A stretch of 64,000 bases of DNA from Macrostomum lignano. Its lineage: Eukaryota. The translations under genes were made by a program, and so were the position numbers. Every line of letters begins with the position of its first letter. The stretch's first letter is position 1. Shown in pieces: positions 1 to 13,151 of the stretch. Location: contig NIVC01003259.1 in NCBI GenBank assembly GCA_002269645.1, forward strand, positions 44,950 to 108,949. Direction: 5' to 3'. Under the pieces are notes generated by a model, which was given only the letters and a program-made list of their open reading frames with translations, was not told the DNA's origin and ran no database searches.

Positions 1-129
1 TGTGGGCGCAGCGCGCGTGGGGGAGAGAGATTTTCACATTAACTGAGCCCAGCCGAGGAAGAATTCCGTCTCAAGGGAAGGCCAGAATGCAAACGATTTC
101 GGCCTCGCGCAAGGCCAAAATGAAAAGGG

Positions 130-236
130 TTTTGGCCTTTTGGCCTTTTGGCCTTTTGGCCTTTTGGCCTTTTGGCCTTTTGGCCTTTTGGCCTTTTGGC
201 CTTTTGGCCTTTTGGCCTTTTGGCCTTTTGGCCTTT
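130..236. repeat. (TTTTGGCC)n 8-bp microsatellite
   Basis: About 13 perfect tandem copies of ttttggcc. Confidence 0.95.
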
Positions 237-663
237 CGGTTTTTTAACGCAATTGCTTTATGATTTCTGCAAAGTTATAGTAGCTGTCGTAATCTTTTAC
301 GTAGGTTACTCCATACTTATGAAACCAGTGTCTTTGGAGAGCTAGATTAATATTAGGGACATTGATATCAACGTCGGGCCAATATTTTCTCATGTACTCG
401 CTGCATTCAAGTTTGCATCGGTACTTACTCTTGTAATTAGGCTCGTGCGCTTTGTAATAAGAACCTGGAGAGACAACTAGAAACATTTTTTATTGAGAAT
501 TTAATTCTTTTTTAAAAGGGTAAGGACCCTGGGTTAGGGGATTTAATGTTTTTGGGATCTGGTAGCACGTTGCGGATTGAATGTGGGGAGAAGAATGCAG
601 ATTGTTTTCTGATTGTTTCGAAGATGCTATGGGTGGATGTCAGTGGATGATGTAGGACACTTG

Positions 664-955
664 TTATGCTCTGATTCTGTCAGGGAGGAAGGAGGATAGG
701 TTAGGAGGATTATGGATGACGTTTTCGGAGCAAGTTTTTCTGATTCTGTCAGGGATAATATGGATGGATTTAGGAGGATTATGTTCGAAGTTTTCGGAGC
801 AAGTAGGACACCTGTTATGCTCTGATTCTGTCGGGGATAATATGGATGGACTTAATGGGATTATGGAGGACGTTTTGTGAGCGAGTGCGACCCCCCTTTT
901 TTCTGATTCTGTCGGGGATAATATGGATGGATTTAATGGGATTATGGAGGATGTG
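664..955. repeat. Degenerate ~70-80 bp tandem repeat
   Basis: The core ctgattctgtc(a/g)ggga...atggatgga recurs four times (near 671, 741, 821, 904). Confidence 0.7.
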
Positions 956-2549
956 AAAAATTTTGTCCCAAAAGCCCCCTCATGCCTTCTACTACCATGA
1001 CACTTTACCGCCATTCTGACACTTTACCGCCTATGAACAACAACGAGCACAAAATCGCACTAACGGCAGAAAGCTTGAACAGCATGACAACCATCCGACC
1101 TCGCCAAAATTATATGGGAATGGCCTATACCTTACAATCGACAGCCACAGCTGACCTCCTTGTTCGAACGGGCCCGACACGACGCCATGATGACAACTGC
1201 CATACCCCCAGAGGAGATCTATCTAAATCTACTCCACGAAACAACGCCGGGGAGTACACCACAGTTCAACATATCATCTGGCCCATCGCACTATTAACGG
1301 CGAGCATCAACAAATACTTTATTACGACGTTAATTGATCCTTTTGCTTCCTGTTACTAACCATTTAACACTTAACATTGCTTAATTGACCGAATTTACGC
1401 AATGATAGATACTAAACTGCACTCTCAACCAATTATGGCCACACAGAGCAAACCCTTGTTCCCCCACACCTATCACAAACATAACCCCGCTGTAAATTCG
1501 GGACGAATTTCTCGTAACCAAGGGAGATATTGTAGAGATCTCCAAATACGGTACAAAGTAAACTACTATAAGTAGTAACGTAAAAACGTGAAAACTCAAA
1601 AGCTAAAAACTGCAAATTGTCACACTTTATTTTTAAGACCACGAAAGCAACAAATGACCATCTTTTGCAACATTTAAATTTAGAACTCCGAATATGGTAT
1701 TCAAGTTCAAACCTAATGTATTCTATAGGGGTCAAATTTTCAAAACGCTAAACTGTCACCTACTAAAAATAATCTGTTTTCAAGAAGTTTCCCTATAAAT
1801 TCAAGCCAAAATCCGAGCTAAAAATCTCAGACTCGGAGCAGCCTCAAAACATCTTGGGCTTACTGCAGAAGCTACTCGAGGCTACATCTCTGAGTAAGAA
1901 GTAAACCAATTGGTGAGCTCTTGTTCGAGCCTTTGTTATTGAATTGATTTGAGAGCGATTTTACTGCCGGCCGTTATTTATCAGTTGATTTAACTGAGTT
2001 CATTGAATTTGAGGCCTCCCATTTTCCTAAGGGATTGGATAGGATCTGCGGACCGATTCCGATACCCTTAGAGGATTATCGAGTTGATTAATTTTGGTTA
2101 TCCTAGATTAACCGATAGGAGCACACGAATCCGATTCCGTTATTGCTAGAAGAAGACGCCCTTCTTGGAGGACCTCGTGATTATTACAGAAAGTTTATTT
2201 GTTATAAGGGCGCATCGTTGATATTGATTACTGAGCTTAAGGCCTAAATTGATTTTGCATTCGAGAAATACTGCGACGTCGCCTGATCTGATTGTCACGC
2301 TCTCATTCGGCCGATTCTAGACTTCAAGAAGATTCCTCCGGAGAAGAAGATTTGAAGAAGCGAATTAACAAACGTGCACAACAAAGAAGATACAAGGAAC
2401 AAGATCGGAGAACCTGCCCGACAAAGAAGAGGAGCCCGCCACAGTAAGTGATCACTTGATTTTGTTCCCAGGCTTAAGTGTCTGGAAGTGGGAGTTTTCG
2501 GGTGACTGATCACCTCCCGAATCAGCTCCTCACTTAAGCTACTCACTAA

Positions 2550-5500
2550 ATTCCAAACATTGGTTGCTCCCAAACATTGGTTGATCCCCAACATTGTTGA
2601 ATCCCAAACATTGGTGGATCCCGAGAATTCTTGAATCGAAAATATCCTTCATCCCAAAAATTGGTTGATCAAAGACGTTGGTGGATTCTAAACATTGGTA
2701 AATCCGTAACATTGTTAAAACCGAAACAGTGGTTGCTCCTAAATATTGGTGAATCCCAAACATTGTTGGAACCCAAACATTGGTGAATCCCAAACATTGT
2801 TGGAACCCAAACATTGGTGAATCCCAAACATTGTTGGAACCCAAACATTGGTGAATCCCAAACATTGTTGGAACCCAAACATTGGTGAATTCCAAACATT
2901 GGTGAATCCTAAACATTGGTGGATCCCAAACATCGGTGGATTTTAATTATTGGTAAACCAAACATTGGTAAATCTCAAACATTGGTGGAACCTAAACATT
3001 GGTGAAACCAAAACATTATTGGATGCTAAACACTGGTTGATCCATTATACTTGTGGATCATAAAACATTGGTTTTCCCAACATTAGGTTATCCAAAACAT
3101 TGGTGGATCCCATAATTGGTGAATCCCAAACATTGGTGGATCCTAAACATTGGTTGACCCCAAACATTGGAAAATGCCAAACATCGGTATATCCAAAACA
3201 TTGATTGATCCCTAACATTGTTGAATCCCAAACATTGGTGGATTCCAAACATTGGTGAATCCCAAACATTGGTGAATCCCAAACGTTGGTGCAACCCAAA
3301 CATTACTGGATCCTAAACGTAGGAAAGTCCAAAACATCGGTATATCCAAAATATTGGTTGATCCCCAACATTGTTGAATCCCAAACATTGGTAAATCCCA
3401 AACATTGGTTGATCCCCAACATTGTTGAATCCCAAACATTGGTGGATCCAAAAAAATAGTTGATCTTAAACGTTGGTTGAACCAAAACATTGGTGGATCC
3501 TAAACATTGGTGGAACCCAAACATTGCTGAATATTAAACATTGGTTGAACCCAAAGATTGGTAAATCCCAAACATTGGTGAATCCCAAACATTGGTGAAT
3601 AACAAACATTGGTGGATCCCATACATTGGTGGATCCCAAACATTGGTGAATCCTAAAAATTGGTGGATCCCAAACATTGGTGAATCCCAAACATTGGTGG
3701 AACCCAAACATTGGTGAAACCAAAACATTAGTGAAACCAAAACATTGGTGAATCCCAAACATTGCTGGAACCCAAACATTGGTGGAACCCAAACATAGGT
3801 GAATCCCAAACATTGGTGGATCCTAAACATTGGTGGAACCCAAACATCCGTGGATCCCAAACATTGGTTAATCCTAAACATTGGTGCAACCCAAACATTA
3901 CTGGATCCCAAACATTGGTGAATCCCAAACATTGGTTAATCCCAAACATTGGTGGAACCCAAACATTGCTGGATCGCAAACATTGGTGAATCCCAAACAT
4001 TGCTGGATCCTAAACATTGGTGGAACCCAAACATTGGTGGATACCAAACATTGGGGCATCCTAAACATTGGTGGATCCCAAACATTGGTGGATCCCAAAC
4101 ATTGGTGAATCCCAAACATTGGTGGAACCCAAACATTGGTGAAACCAAAACATTAGTGAAACCAAAACATTGGTGAATGCCAAACACTGGTTGATCCTAA
4201 TTATTAATCGATCATAAACATTGGTTTCCACAAAATTAGGTTATCAAAAACATTAGTTAATCCTAAACATTGGTAAATCTCCAACATTGGTGGAACCCAA
4301 ACATTGGAAAATCCCAAACATTGGTAGATCCAAAACATTGGTGAATCCCAAACATTGGTGAATCCAAAAAATTGGTGGAACCCAAACATTGCTGGATCGC
4401 AAACATTGGTGAATCCCTAACATTGGTGGATCCTAAACATTGCTGGATCCTAAACATTGGTGGAACCCAAACATTGCTGGATCGCAAACATTGGTGAATC
4501 CCAAACATTGGTGGATCCTAAACATAGGTGGAACCAAAACATCCGTGGATCCCAAACATTGGTTAATCCTAAACATTGGTGCAACCCAAACATTACTGGA
4601 TCCCAAACATTGGTGAATCCCAAACATTGGTGGATCCTAAACATAGGTGGAACCCAAACATTGGTGAATCCCTAACATTGGTGGATCCTAAACATTGGTG
4701 GAACCCAAACATCCGTGGATCCCAAACATTGGTTAATTCCAAACATTGGTGAATCCAAAAAATTGGTGAATCCTAAACATTGGTGCAACCCAAACATTAC
4801 TGGATCCCAAACATTGGTGAATCCCAAACATTGGTGGATCCTAAACATTGGTGGAACCCAAACATTGGTGAATCCCTAACATTGGTGGATCCTAAACATT
4901 GGTGGAACCCAAACATCCGTGGATCCCAAACATTGGTTAATTCCAAACATTGGTGCAACCCAAACATTACTTGATACCAAACATTGGTGAATCCAAAAAA
5001 TTGGTGAATCCCAAACATTACTGGATACCAAACATTGGGGGATCCTAAACATTGGTGGATCCTAAAAATTGGTGGATCCCAAACATTGGTGAATCCCAAA
5101 CATTGGTGGAACCCAAACATTGGTGAAACCAAAACATTAGTGAAACCCAAACATTGGTGAATCCCTAACATTGGTGGATCCTAAACATTGGTGGAACCCA
5201 AACATCCGTGGATCCCAAACATTGGTTAATTCCAAACATTGGTGAATCCCAAACATTGGTTAATCCTAAACATTGGTGCAACCCAAACATTACTGGATCC
5301 CAAACATTGGTGAATCCCAAACATTGGTGGATCCTAAACATTGGTGGAACCCAAACATTGGTGAATCCCTAACATTGGTGGATCCTAAACATTGGTGGAA
5401 CCCAAACATCCGTGGATCCCAAACATTGGTTAATTCCAAACATTGGTGAATCCCAAACATTGGTTAATCCTAAACATTGGTGCAACCCAAACATTACTGG

Positions 5501-8500
5501 ATCCCATACATTGGTGGATCCCAAACATTGGTGAATCCTAAAAATTGGTGGATCCCAAACATTGGTGAATCCCAAACATTGGTGGAACCCAAACATTGGT
5601 GAAACCAAAACATTAGTGAAACCAAAACATTGGTGAATCCCAAACATTGCTGGAACCCAAACATTGGTGGAACCCAAACATAGGTGAATCCCAAACATTG
5701 GTGGATCCTAAACATTGGTGGAACCCAAACATCCGTGGATCCCAAACATTGGTTAATCCTAAACATTGGTGCAACCCAAACATTACTGGATCCCAAACAT
5801 TGGTGAATCCCAAACATTGGTTAATCCCAAACATTGGTGGAACCCAAACATTGCTGGATCGCAAACATTGGTGAATCCCAAACATTGCTGGATCCTAAAC
5901 ATTGGTGGAACCCAAACATTGGTGGATACCAAACATTGGGGCATCCTAAACATTGGTGGATCCCAAACATTGGTGGATCCCAAACATTGGTGAATCCCAA
6001 ACATTGGTGGAACCCAAACATTGGTGAAACCAAAACATTAGTGAAACCAAAACATTGGTGAATGCCAAACACTGGTTGATCCTAATTATTAATCGATCAT
6101 AAACATTGGTTTCCACAAAATTAGGTTATCAAAAACATTAGTTAATCCTAAACATTGGTAAATCTCCAACATTGGTGGAACCCAAACATTGGAAAATCCC
6201 AAACATTGGTAGATCCAAAACATTGGTGAATCCCAAACATTGGTGAATCCAAAAAATTGGTGGAACCCAAACATTGCTGGATCGCAAACATTGGTGAATC
6301 CCTAACATTGGTGGATCCTAAACATTGCTGGATCCTAAACATTGGTGGAACCCAAACATTGCTGGATCGCAAACATTGGTGAATCCCAAACATTGGTGGA
6401 TCCTAAACATAGGTGGAACCAAAACATCCGTGGATCCCAAACATTGGTTAATCCTAAACATTGGTGCAACCCAAACATTACTGGATCCCAAACATTGGTG
6501 AATCCCAAACATTGGTGGATCCTAAACATTGGTGGAACCCAAACATTGGTGAATCCCTAACATTGGTGGATCCTAAACATTGGTGGAACCCAAACATCCG
6601 TGGATCCCAAACATTGGTTAATTCCAAACATTGGTGAATCCCAAACATTGGTTAATCCTAAACATTGGTGCAACCCAAACATTACTGGATCCCAAACATT
6701 GGTGAATCCCAAACATTGGTGGATCCTAAACATTGGTGGAACCCAAACATTGGTGAATCCCTAACATTGGTGGATCCTAAACATTGGTGGAACCCAAACA
6801 TCCGTGGATCCCAAACATTGGTTAATTCCAAACATTGGTGCAACCCAAACATTACTTGATACCAAACATTGGTGAATCCAAAAAATTGGTGAATCCCAAA
6901 CATTACTGGATACCAAACATTGGGGGATCCTAAACATTGGTGGATCCTAAAAATTGGTGGATCCCAAACATTGGTGAATCCCAAACATTGGTGGAACCCA
7001 AACATTGGTGAAACCAAAACATTAGTGAAACCAAAACATTAGTGAATGCCAAACACTGGTTGATCCTAATTATTAATCGATCATAAACATTGGTGGAACC
7101 CAAACATTGCTGGATCGCAAACATTGGTGAATCCCAAACATTAGTGGATCCTAAACATTGGTGGAACCCAAACATCCGTGGATCCCAAACATTGGTTAAT
7201 CCTAAACATTGGTGCAACCCAAACATTGCTGGATCCCAAACATTGGTGGAACCCAAACATTGGTGAAACCAAAACATTAGTGAAACCAAAACATTGGTGA
7301 ATGCCAAACACTGGTTGATCCTAATTATTAATCGATCATAAACATTGGTTTCCACAAAATTAGGTTATCAAAAACATTAGTTAATCCTAAACATTGGTAA
7401 ATCTCCAACATTGGTGGAACCCAAACATTGGTGGATCCAAAAAATTAGTTGATCTTAAACGTTGGTTGAACCAAAACATTGGTGGATCCTAAACATTGGT
7501 GGAACCCAAACATTGCTGGATCCCAAACATTGGTGGAACCCAAACATTGGTGAAACCAAAACATTAGTGAAACCAAAACATTGGTGAATGCCAAACACTG
7601 GTTGATCCTAATTATTAATCGATCATAAACATTGGTTTCCACAAAATTAGGTTATCAAAAACATTAGTTAATCCTAAACATTGGTAAATCTCCAACATTG
7701 GTGGAACCCAAACATTGGAAAATCCCAAACATTGGTAGATCCAAAACATTGGTGAATCCCAAACATTGGTGAATCCAAAAAATTGGTGGAACCAAAACAT
7801 TGCTGGATCGCAAACATTGGTGAATCCCAAACATTGGTGAATCCCAAACATTGGTAAATTCAAAAAATTGGTGAATCCCAAACATTGGTGGATCTCAAAC
7901 ATTGGGGGATCCTAAACATTGGTGGATCCTAAACATTGGTGAATCCCAAACATTGGTGGATCCTAAACATTGGTGGAACCCAAACATTGGTGAATCCCTA
8001 ACATTGGTGGATCCTAAACATTGGTGGAACCCAAACATTGGTGAAACCAAAACATTAGTGAAACCAAAACATTGGTGAATCCCAAACATTGCTGGATCCT
8101 AAACATTGGTGGAACCCAAACATTGCTGGATCGCAAACATTGGTGAATCCCAAACATTGGTGGATCCTAAACATTGGTGGAACCCAAACATTACTGGATC
8201 CCAAACATTGATGAATCCCAAACATTGGTGGAACCCAAACATTGCTGGATCGCAAACATTGGTGAATTCCAAACATTGCTGTATCCTAAACATTGGTGGA
8301 ACCCAAACATTGCTGGATCGCAAACATTGGTGAATCCCAAACATTGGTGGATCCTAAACATTGGTGGAACCCAAACATCCGTGGTTCCCAAACATTGGTT
8401 AATCCTAAACATTGGTGCAACCCAAACATTACTGGATCCCAAACATTGGTGAATCCCAAACATTGGTGGAACCCAAACATTGCTGGATCGCAAACATTGG

Positions 8501-9458
8501 TGAATCCCAAACATTGGTGGATCCTAAACATTGGTGGAACCCAAACATTACTGGATCCCAAACATTGGTGAATCCCAAACATTGGTGAATCTAAAAAATT
8601 GGTGAATCCCAAACATTGGTGGATCCCAAACATTGGTGAATCCCAAACAATGGTAAATCCAAAAAATTGGTGAATCCCAAACATTGGTGAATCTCAAAAA
8701 TTGGTGAATCCCAAACATTGGTGAATCCAAAAATTGGTGAATCCCAAACATTGGTGGATCTCAAACATTGGGGGATCCTAAACATTGGTGGATCATAAAC
8801 ATTGGTGGATCCCAAACGTTGGTGAATCCCAAACATTGGTGGATCCCAAACATTGGTGGATCCTAAACATTGGTGGATCCCAAACATTGGTGAATCCCAA
8901 ACATTGGTGGATCCTAAACATTGGTGGAACCCAAACATTGGTGGATCCCAAACATTGGTTAATTCCAAACATTGGTGCAACCCAAACATTGGTGAATCCC
9001 AAACATTGGTGAATCCCAAACATTGGTGAATCCCAAACATTGGTGAATCCAAAAAATTGGTGAATCCCAAACATTAGTGAATCCCAAACATTGGTGAATC
9101 CAAAAAATTGGTGAATCCCAAACATTGGTGGATCCCAAACATTGGTGGATCCTAAACATTGGTGGATCCCAAACATTGGTGAATCCCAAACATTGGTGGA
9201 TCCTAAACATTGGTGAATCCCAAACATTGGTGGATCCCAAACATTGGTTAATTCTAAACATTGGTGCAACCCAAACATTACTGGATCCCAAACATTGGTG
9301 AATCCCAAACATTGGTGAATCCAAAAAATTGGTGAATCCCAAACATTGGTGAAACCAAAACATTAGTAAAACCAAAACATTGGTGAATGCCAAACACTGG
9401 TTGATCCTAATTATTGGTCGATCATAAACATTGGTTTCCTCAACATTAGGTTATCAAA
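2550..9458. repeat. 17-bp satellite array (consensus ~CCAAACATTGGTG(A/G)ATC), ~400 units, with higher-order duplications
   Basis: Continuous tandem units. Identical translated ORFs recur at a 1885-bp offset (3728/5613, 4263/6148, 4780/6665). A landmark variant (aaacactggttgatcctaatta...tcataaacattgg) recurs near 4180, 6065, 7050, 7305, 7595 and 9390. Confidence 0.95.
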
Positions 9459-9658
9459 TGTAATATTTTATTCCTTGCCTTAGAGGCAGTCTGAACTGTT
9501 AGCAATCGTGACAAATAATTAGCTGAATCATCGTATTGATTTAATGTACGTTCGCTCTCTATGTACATCGCAGGCTTAACTTCAAATTGCATAAATAAAG
9601 CGATCACGTCTTCACGGGGCTTTCGTGTTTTTGGTGCTGCCAAATACCGCGTGTTACA
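9459..9658 (+). mobile_element. 5' LTR (200 bp) of a Gypsy/Ty3-type retrotransposon
   Basis: Begins TGTAA and ends TTACA, contains AATAAA (9594-9599), and is followed 2 nt later by a PBS and then gag. No second copy in the window. Confidence 0.8.
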
Positions 9659-9660
9659 AG

Positions 9661-9671
9661 TGGTAGCAGAG
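9661..9671 (+). promoter_or_regulatory. Primer-binding site complementary to the 3' end of initiator tRNA-Met
   Basis: TGGTAGCAGAG matches the reverse complement of the eukaryotic tRNA-iMet 3' end (TGGTAGCAGAGGATGG, recalled) over 11 nt. Confidence 0.8.
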
Positions 9672-9677
9672 CGTACT

Positions 9678-10469
9678 ATGGCAGAGGGCGGCAGTCACCG
9701 TGCGATTCCTAGGGCGTTCAGCTCAGGCAACTTTAAGGAGTGGCTCCAGCGGTTTGAGTTGTGCGCGGCAGCCAACAAGTGGGTAAATGACAAGCATGTG
9801 CACCTGCCAACGTTTTTGGATGGTGAGGCTCTGGCTGTTTTTCTTGAGCTCGACGAGAATAGCAAGAGCGACTACAGCAAAGTGACCAAAGCTCTGAGCC
9901 AGGCATTTCACCCGGACAGCCAGCAATTCTCAGCGCTGGATGCATTCGAGAGCCGGAAGCTGCTGCCGGGCGAATCTCCTCGGCTCTTTCTCTATCACCT
10001 GAAGCAGCTGCTAAAGGACGCGGGCATCAGCGAGGCAGGCGCAACGGCCACCATGCTGACTCACCAGTTCATCCGCGGACTGCCGGTGGACATCAGCAAG
10101 CAGATCAGAGCGGACGCGTCAGCCAAGACCGTGAGTGACGCTCTCGCACGGGCACAACTGCTACTGGAGCTGCCTTCTGCCACCACGGACGGATTCAAGC
10201 AGCCTCTTGCAGCGGCAGCCGGAGCTGCAGGCAGCGCGGAGACGGCAGAACTGAGGGCTGCGGTCAGCTCGCTGCAGGCGACGGTCCAAGACCTGGCGTC
10301 GAAGCTGGGCTCAGAGGTTTCGGACTCCTGCGCGATTCGCGGTGCGTGGAGACAGCGCGAGGTGACCTGCTGGAACTGCCACCGCCGCGGCCACATCGCC
10401 AGGAACTGTAATCAGCCGTCGGGAAACGGCACAGGCCGGGGCAGAGCCCGCACCCCTGGCCAGTTCTGA
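9678..10469 (+). CDS. gag: Retrotransposon Gag with CCHC zinc knuckle
   Basis: ATG just after the PBS. Gag-like 'FKEWLQRFELCAAANKW' and zinc knuckle 'CWNCHRRGHIARNC'. Confidence 0.9.
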   Translation: MAEGGSHRAIPRAFSSGNFKEWLQRFELCAAANKWVNDKHVHLPTFLDGEALAVFLELDENSKSDYSKVTKALSQAFHPDSQQFSALDAFESRKLLPGESPRLFLYHLKQLLKDAGISEAGATATMLTHQFIRGLPVDISKQIRADASAKTVSDALARAQLLLELPSATTDGFKQPLAAAAGAAGSAETAELRAAVSSLQATVQDLASKLGSEVSDSCAIRGAWRQREVTCWNCHRRGHIARNCNQPSGNGTGRGRARTPGQF

Positions 10470-10477
10470 GCGCGGGC
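10421..10477 (+). promoter_or_regulatory. -1 programmed ribosomal frameshift signal (G GGA AAC plus H-type pseudoknot)
   Basis: The slippery heptamer at 10421-10427 is in the gag frame, followed by a 6-nt spacer. Stem 1 is 10434-10441/10454-10461 (8 bp, one G-U). Stem 2 is 10446-10451/10472-10477. The -1 frame is open into pol. Confidence 0.85.
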
Positions 10478-11598
10478 CCCAGCGTGAGTGGGTTGTTCCT
10501 GGGCGCAGAGGGGAGCGGTGCAGCCAGCAGCAGCGCAGCGGCAGTCGTCATCAGGCCGAACTCGGCGACATCCAAGCTGCAGTGCAGGATCGGAGGCGCG
10601 GACGTCACGGCGCTTATCGACTCAGGCAGCCAGGTGTCAATCGTGGACAAGCGGGTCCTGCAGAGCATGCGGCCAGCTCAGCTGGAGAGCGTGCACCTGG
10701 AGCTGCGGGCAGTCAACCAGCAAGCGGTGCCGGTGCGGCAGGTGGCCAGCCTGGCAGTGTCGCTCGGCGGCATCGAGCGGCGGCACCCGTTTTACGTGTC
10801 TGAAGGTCTGGTTGCTGCCGTCATCATCGGGCTGGACTTCATCAAGGCCTGCAACATGTGCCTGGACTTCAGCGACAGTGCAGCAGAGACCCCATCAAAG
10901 GACTCTTGTGTGATCAACGGCGTGAGTCACCTCGATGCTGACAGTCAGCTCGAGGAAATTGAAGAGAAGCTGGTGCCGGATTTCACCAAGGAGGAGATCG
11001 ACCTGCCAGTCGCGGAGGACCCGGACATCCGAGCTTTGGTGCGCGAGTTCAGCGACATTTTCACCAGGCGGCCAGGGCTGACGGATCGACACGAGCACAG
11101 CATCCCGCTGACTGACGATGTTCCGGTGCGGATCCCGCCGAGGAAGCTGCCGGTGCACTGGGAGCCCGAGGTGAGGAAGCTGATTCAGGAGCTGCTGGAC
11201 AATGACGTCATCGAGGAGTCGGACAGCCCGTACGTGGCGACCCCAGTGTACGTGCGGAAGAAGAACGGTGACCTGCGGTTGACGATCGATTACCGCGAGC
11301 TGAACAAGAAGACGGTGCGGTCAGCGCAGGGGATTCCGCAGATGGACTTCGTCAAGGACAAGTTGGCTGGCAACGAGATTTTCTCGGTGATCGACCTGAA
11401 CGGCGGCTACTTCCAAATTCCGATGAAGCCGGAAGACAAGCAGAAGACGGCCTTCAGCCCAGGGCCCGGAATGCCGCTGTACCAGTTCAAGCGGATGCCG
11501 CAGGGCGTCTGTGGCGGCCCGAGCTCGTTCACCATCCTAATGAACCGCGTGTTCAAAGGCGCCGCGCAGACCTTCACCTACATGGACGACACGCTGTG
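10421..11598 (+). pseudogene. pol: Gypsy Pol (aspartic protease + N-terminal RT), truncated right after YMDD; RNase H, integrase and 3' LTR absent
   Basis: Protease motif 'ALIDSGSQVS'. RT motifs 'SPYVATPVYVRKKNGDLRLTIDYRELN', 'YQFKRMPQG' and 'TYMDD', then an abrupt switch to the CAG-rich array. Confidence 0.9.
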
Positions 11599-12680
11599 TC
11601 AGCGAGCGGCAGCAGCAGCAGCCTCCTAGCATCAGCGAGCAGCAGCAGCAGCCTCCAGGCATCGGCGAGCAGCAACAGCAGCCTCTTAGCATCAGCGAGC
11701 AGCAGCAGCAGCCTCCTAGCATCAGCGAGCAGCAGCAGCAGCCTCCAGGCATCGGCGAGCAGCAACAGCAGCCTCTTAGCATCAGCGAGCAGCAGCAGCA
11801 GCCTCTTAGCATCAGCGAGCAGCAACAGCAGCCTCTTAGCATCAGCGAGCAGCAACAGCAGCCTCTTAGCATCAGCGAGCAGCAGCAGCAGCCTCTTAGC
11901 ATCAGCGAGCAGCAGCAGCAGCCTCCAGGCATCGGCGAGCAGCAGCAGCAGCCTCCCAGCATCAGCAAGCAGCAACAGCAGCCTCTTAGCATCAGCGAGC
12001 AGCAGCAGCAGCCTCCAGGCATCGGCGAGCAGCCTCCTAGCATCAGCGAGCAGCAACAGCAGCCTCTTAGCATCAGCGAGCAGCAGCAGCAGCCTCCAGG
12101 CATCGGCGAGCAGCCTCCTAGCATCAGCGAGCAGCAGCAGCAGCCTCCAGGCATCGGCGAGCAGCCTCCTAGCATCAGCGAGCAGCAGCAGCAGCCTCCA
12201 GGCATCGGCGAGCAGCAACAGCAGCCTCCCAGCATCAGCAAGCAGCAACAGCAGCCTCTTAGCATCTGCGAGCAGCAGCAGCAGCCTCCAGGCATCGGCG
12301 AGCAGCTTTCAAGCATCAACAACATTGGTGAACAGATTGCTCAGCCAAACATTATTGAAGAACCGGCTGGATTGGATTCCCTGATGGAGGTATTGGGAGA
12401 CGGGGAATTTGAGGCTGCTAATAATGTCGTACCTGGATACCAACTGCAACTGGTGCTGCCACCAGTAATTGGAGCAGGATATATTATAAAAATTGAAAAT
12501 GACAGCATTATTTTTGTGTCTCGTTGAGCAAGCGAATTCTTGGTCACTTGGTCATTCTTGGCTATTGTGTATCTTAAAAATTCAATTTAACTTACATTTT
12601 TTACTTTAATTTGTACTTTAGCTTTTTTTATTTACAATAAGCCAAGAAGTGTTTTTTGTTTAAATCAATAGCGATTAGCA
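11599..12680 (+). repeat. Left inverted arm: 30/21-bp CAG-rich minisatellite plus ~370 bp unique sequence
   Basis: The reverse complement of 22629-23392, differing in array length and by a few SNPs. The inner boundary is ...gcgattagca in both copies. Confidence 0.95.
11601..12527 (+). pseudogene. 5'-truncated copy of a Gln/Pro-rich repeat ORF (EQQQQPPSIS)n with a unique C-terminus (…LDSLMEVLGDGEFEAANNVVPGYQLQLVLPPVIGAGYIIKIENDSIIFVSR*)
   Basis: Stop-free frame of 309 codons; all repeat units are multiples of 3. There is no start codon at its 5' end, so the ORF track does not show it. Confidence 0.5.
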
Positions 12681-13151
12681 AAGCTAGATAGAATATTTCG
12701 AGCATCATAGCTTTCAGTAGTATCAATCTACAATTAAATAAGCCAATCATGTAATTGTTGACTCAAATATGAATACAAGTTTTTGAAAATCTAGAACTGC
12801 CTCAAGCAGCACCGGTCGTAGCCCCAGTTTTCAACCTTTTTTTGCCTGCGGTAACTGGCAGGGGCTATGAAATTCATTTTGACAATCAAAAGTTTACCCT
12901 GATAGCATTGTAATTGTAAGTCTAAATACTTTGATGCAGAAAAATTGAAGTAAAAATATACTGCTAGCATTCGATTTTTTACTTCATTATGACTGGATAA
13001 GTTGGAATTTCGTTTCTATTTAATCAATTTCAATATTAGTTTTTCACTTAAATATAATAGTTTGAAAGTTTAATTTGTATCCATACTTTGTATTAGAGAT
13101 GTATTTGACCACTCAACTAATTGCAGCTAATGGAATCAAATAACAGGCAAA

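Noticed and set aside
130-236. (TTTTGGCC)n as a telomere-like repeat
   Set aside because: Internal, short, and unlike the animal TTAGGG repeat; treated as a microsatellite.
244-486. 80-aa minus-strand ORF
   Set aside because: No recognisable motif or gene context.
1850-2545. Possible solo LTR, or a basic bZIP-like exon (KKRINKRAQQRRYK followed by GTAAGT)
   Set aside because: No second LTR, PBS, TSD or partner exon found; the resemblance is too weak.
2295-9393. Dozens of 'MFGIHQCLG' / 'PKHWW' ORFs
   Set aside because: They are translations of the 17-bp satellite; the unit is not a multiple of 3 and stops are frequent.
11537-12384. Cys-rich, Leu-rich and Ser-rich ORFs over the CAG array (and mirrors at 22925-23554)
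   Set aside because: Alternative frames of the minisatellite. The Gln frame has the longest unique tail and an in-frame ATG.
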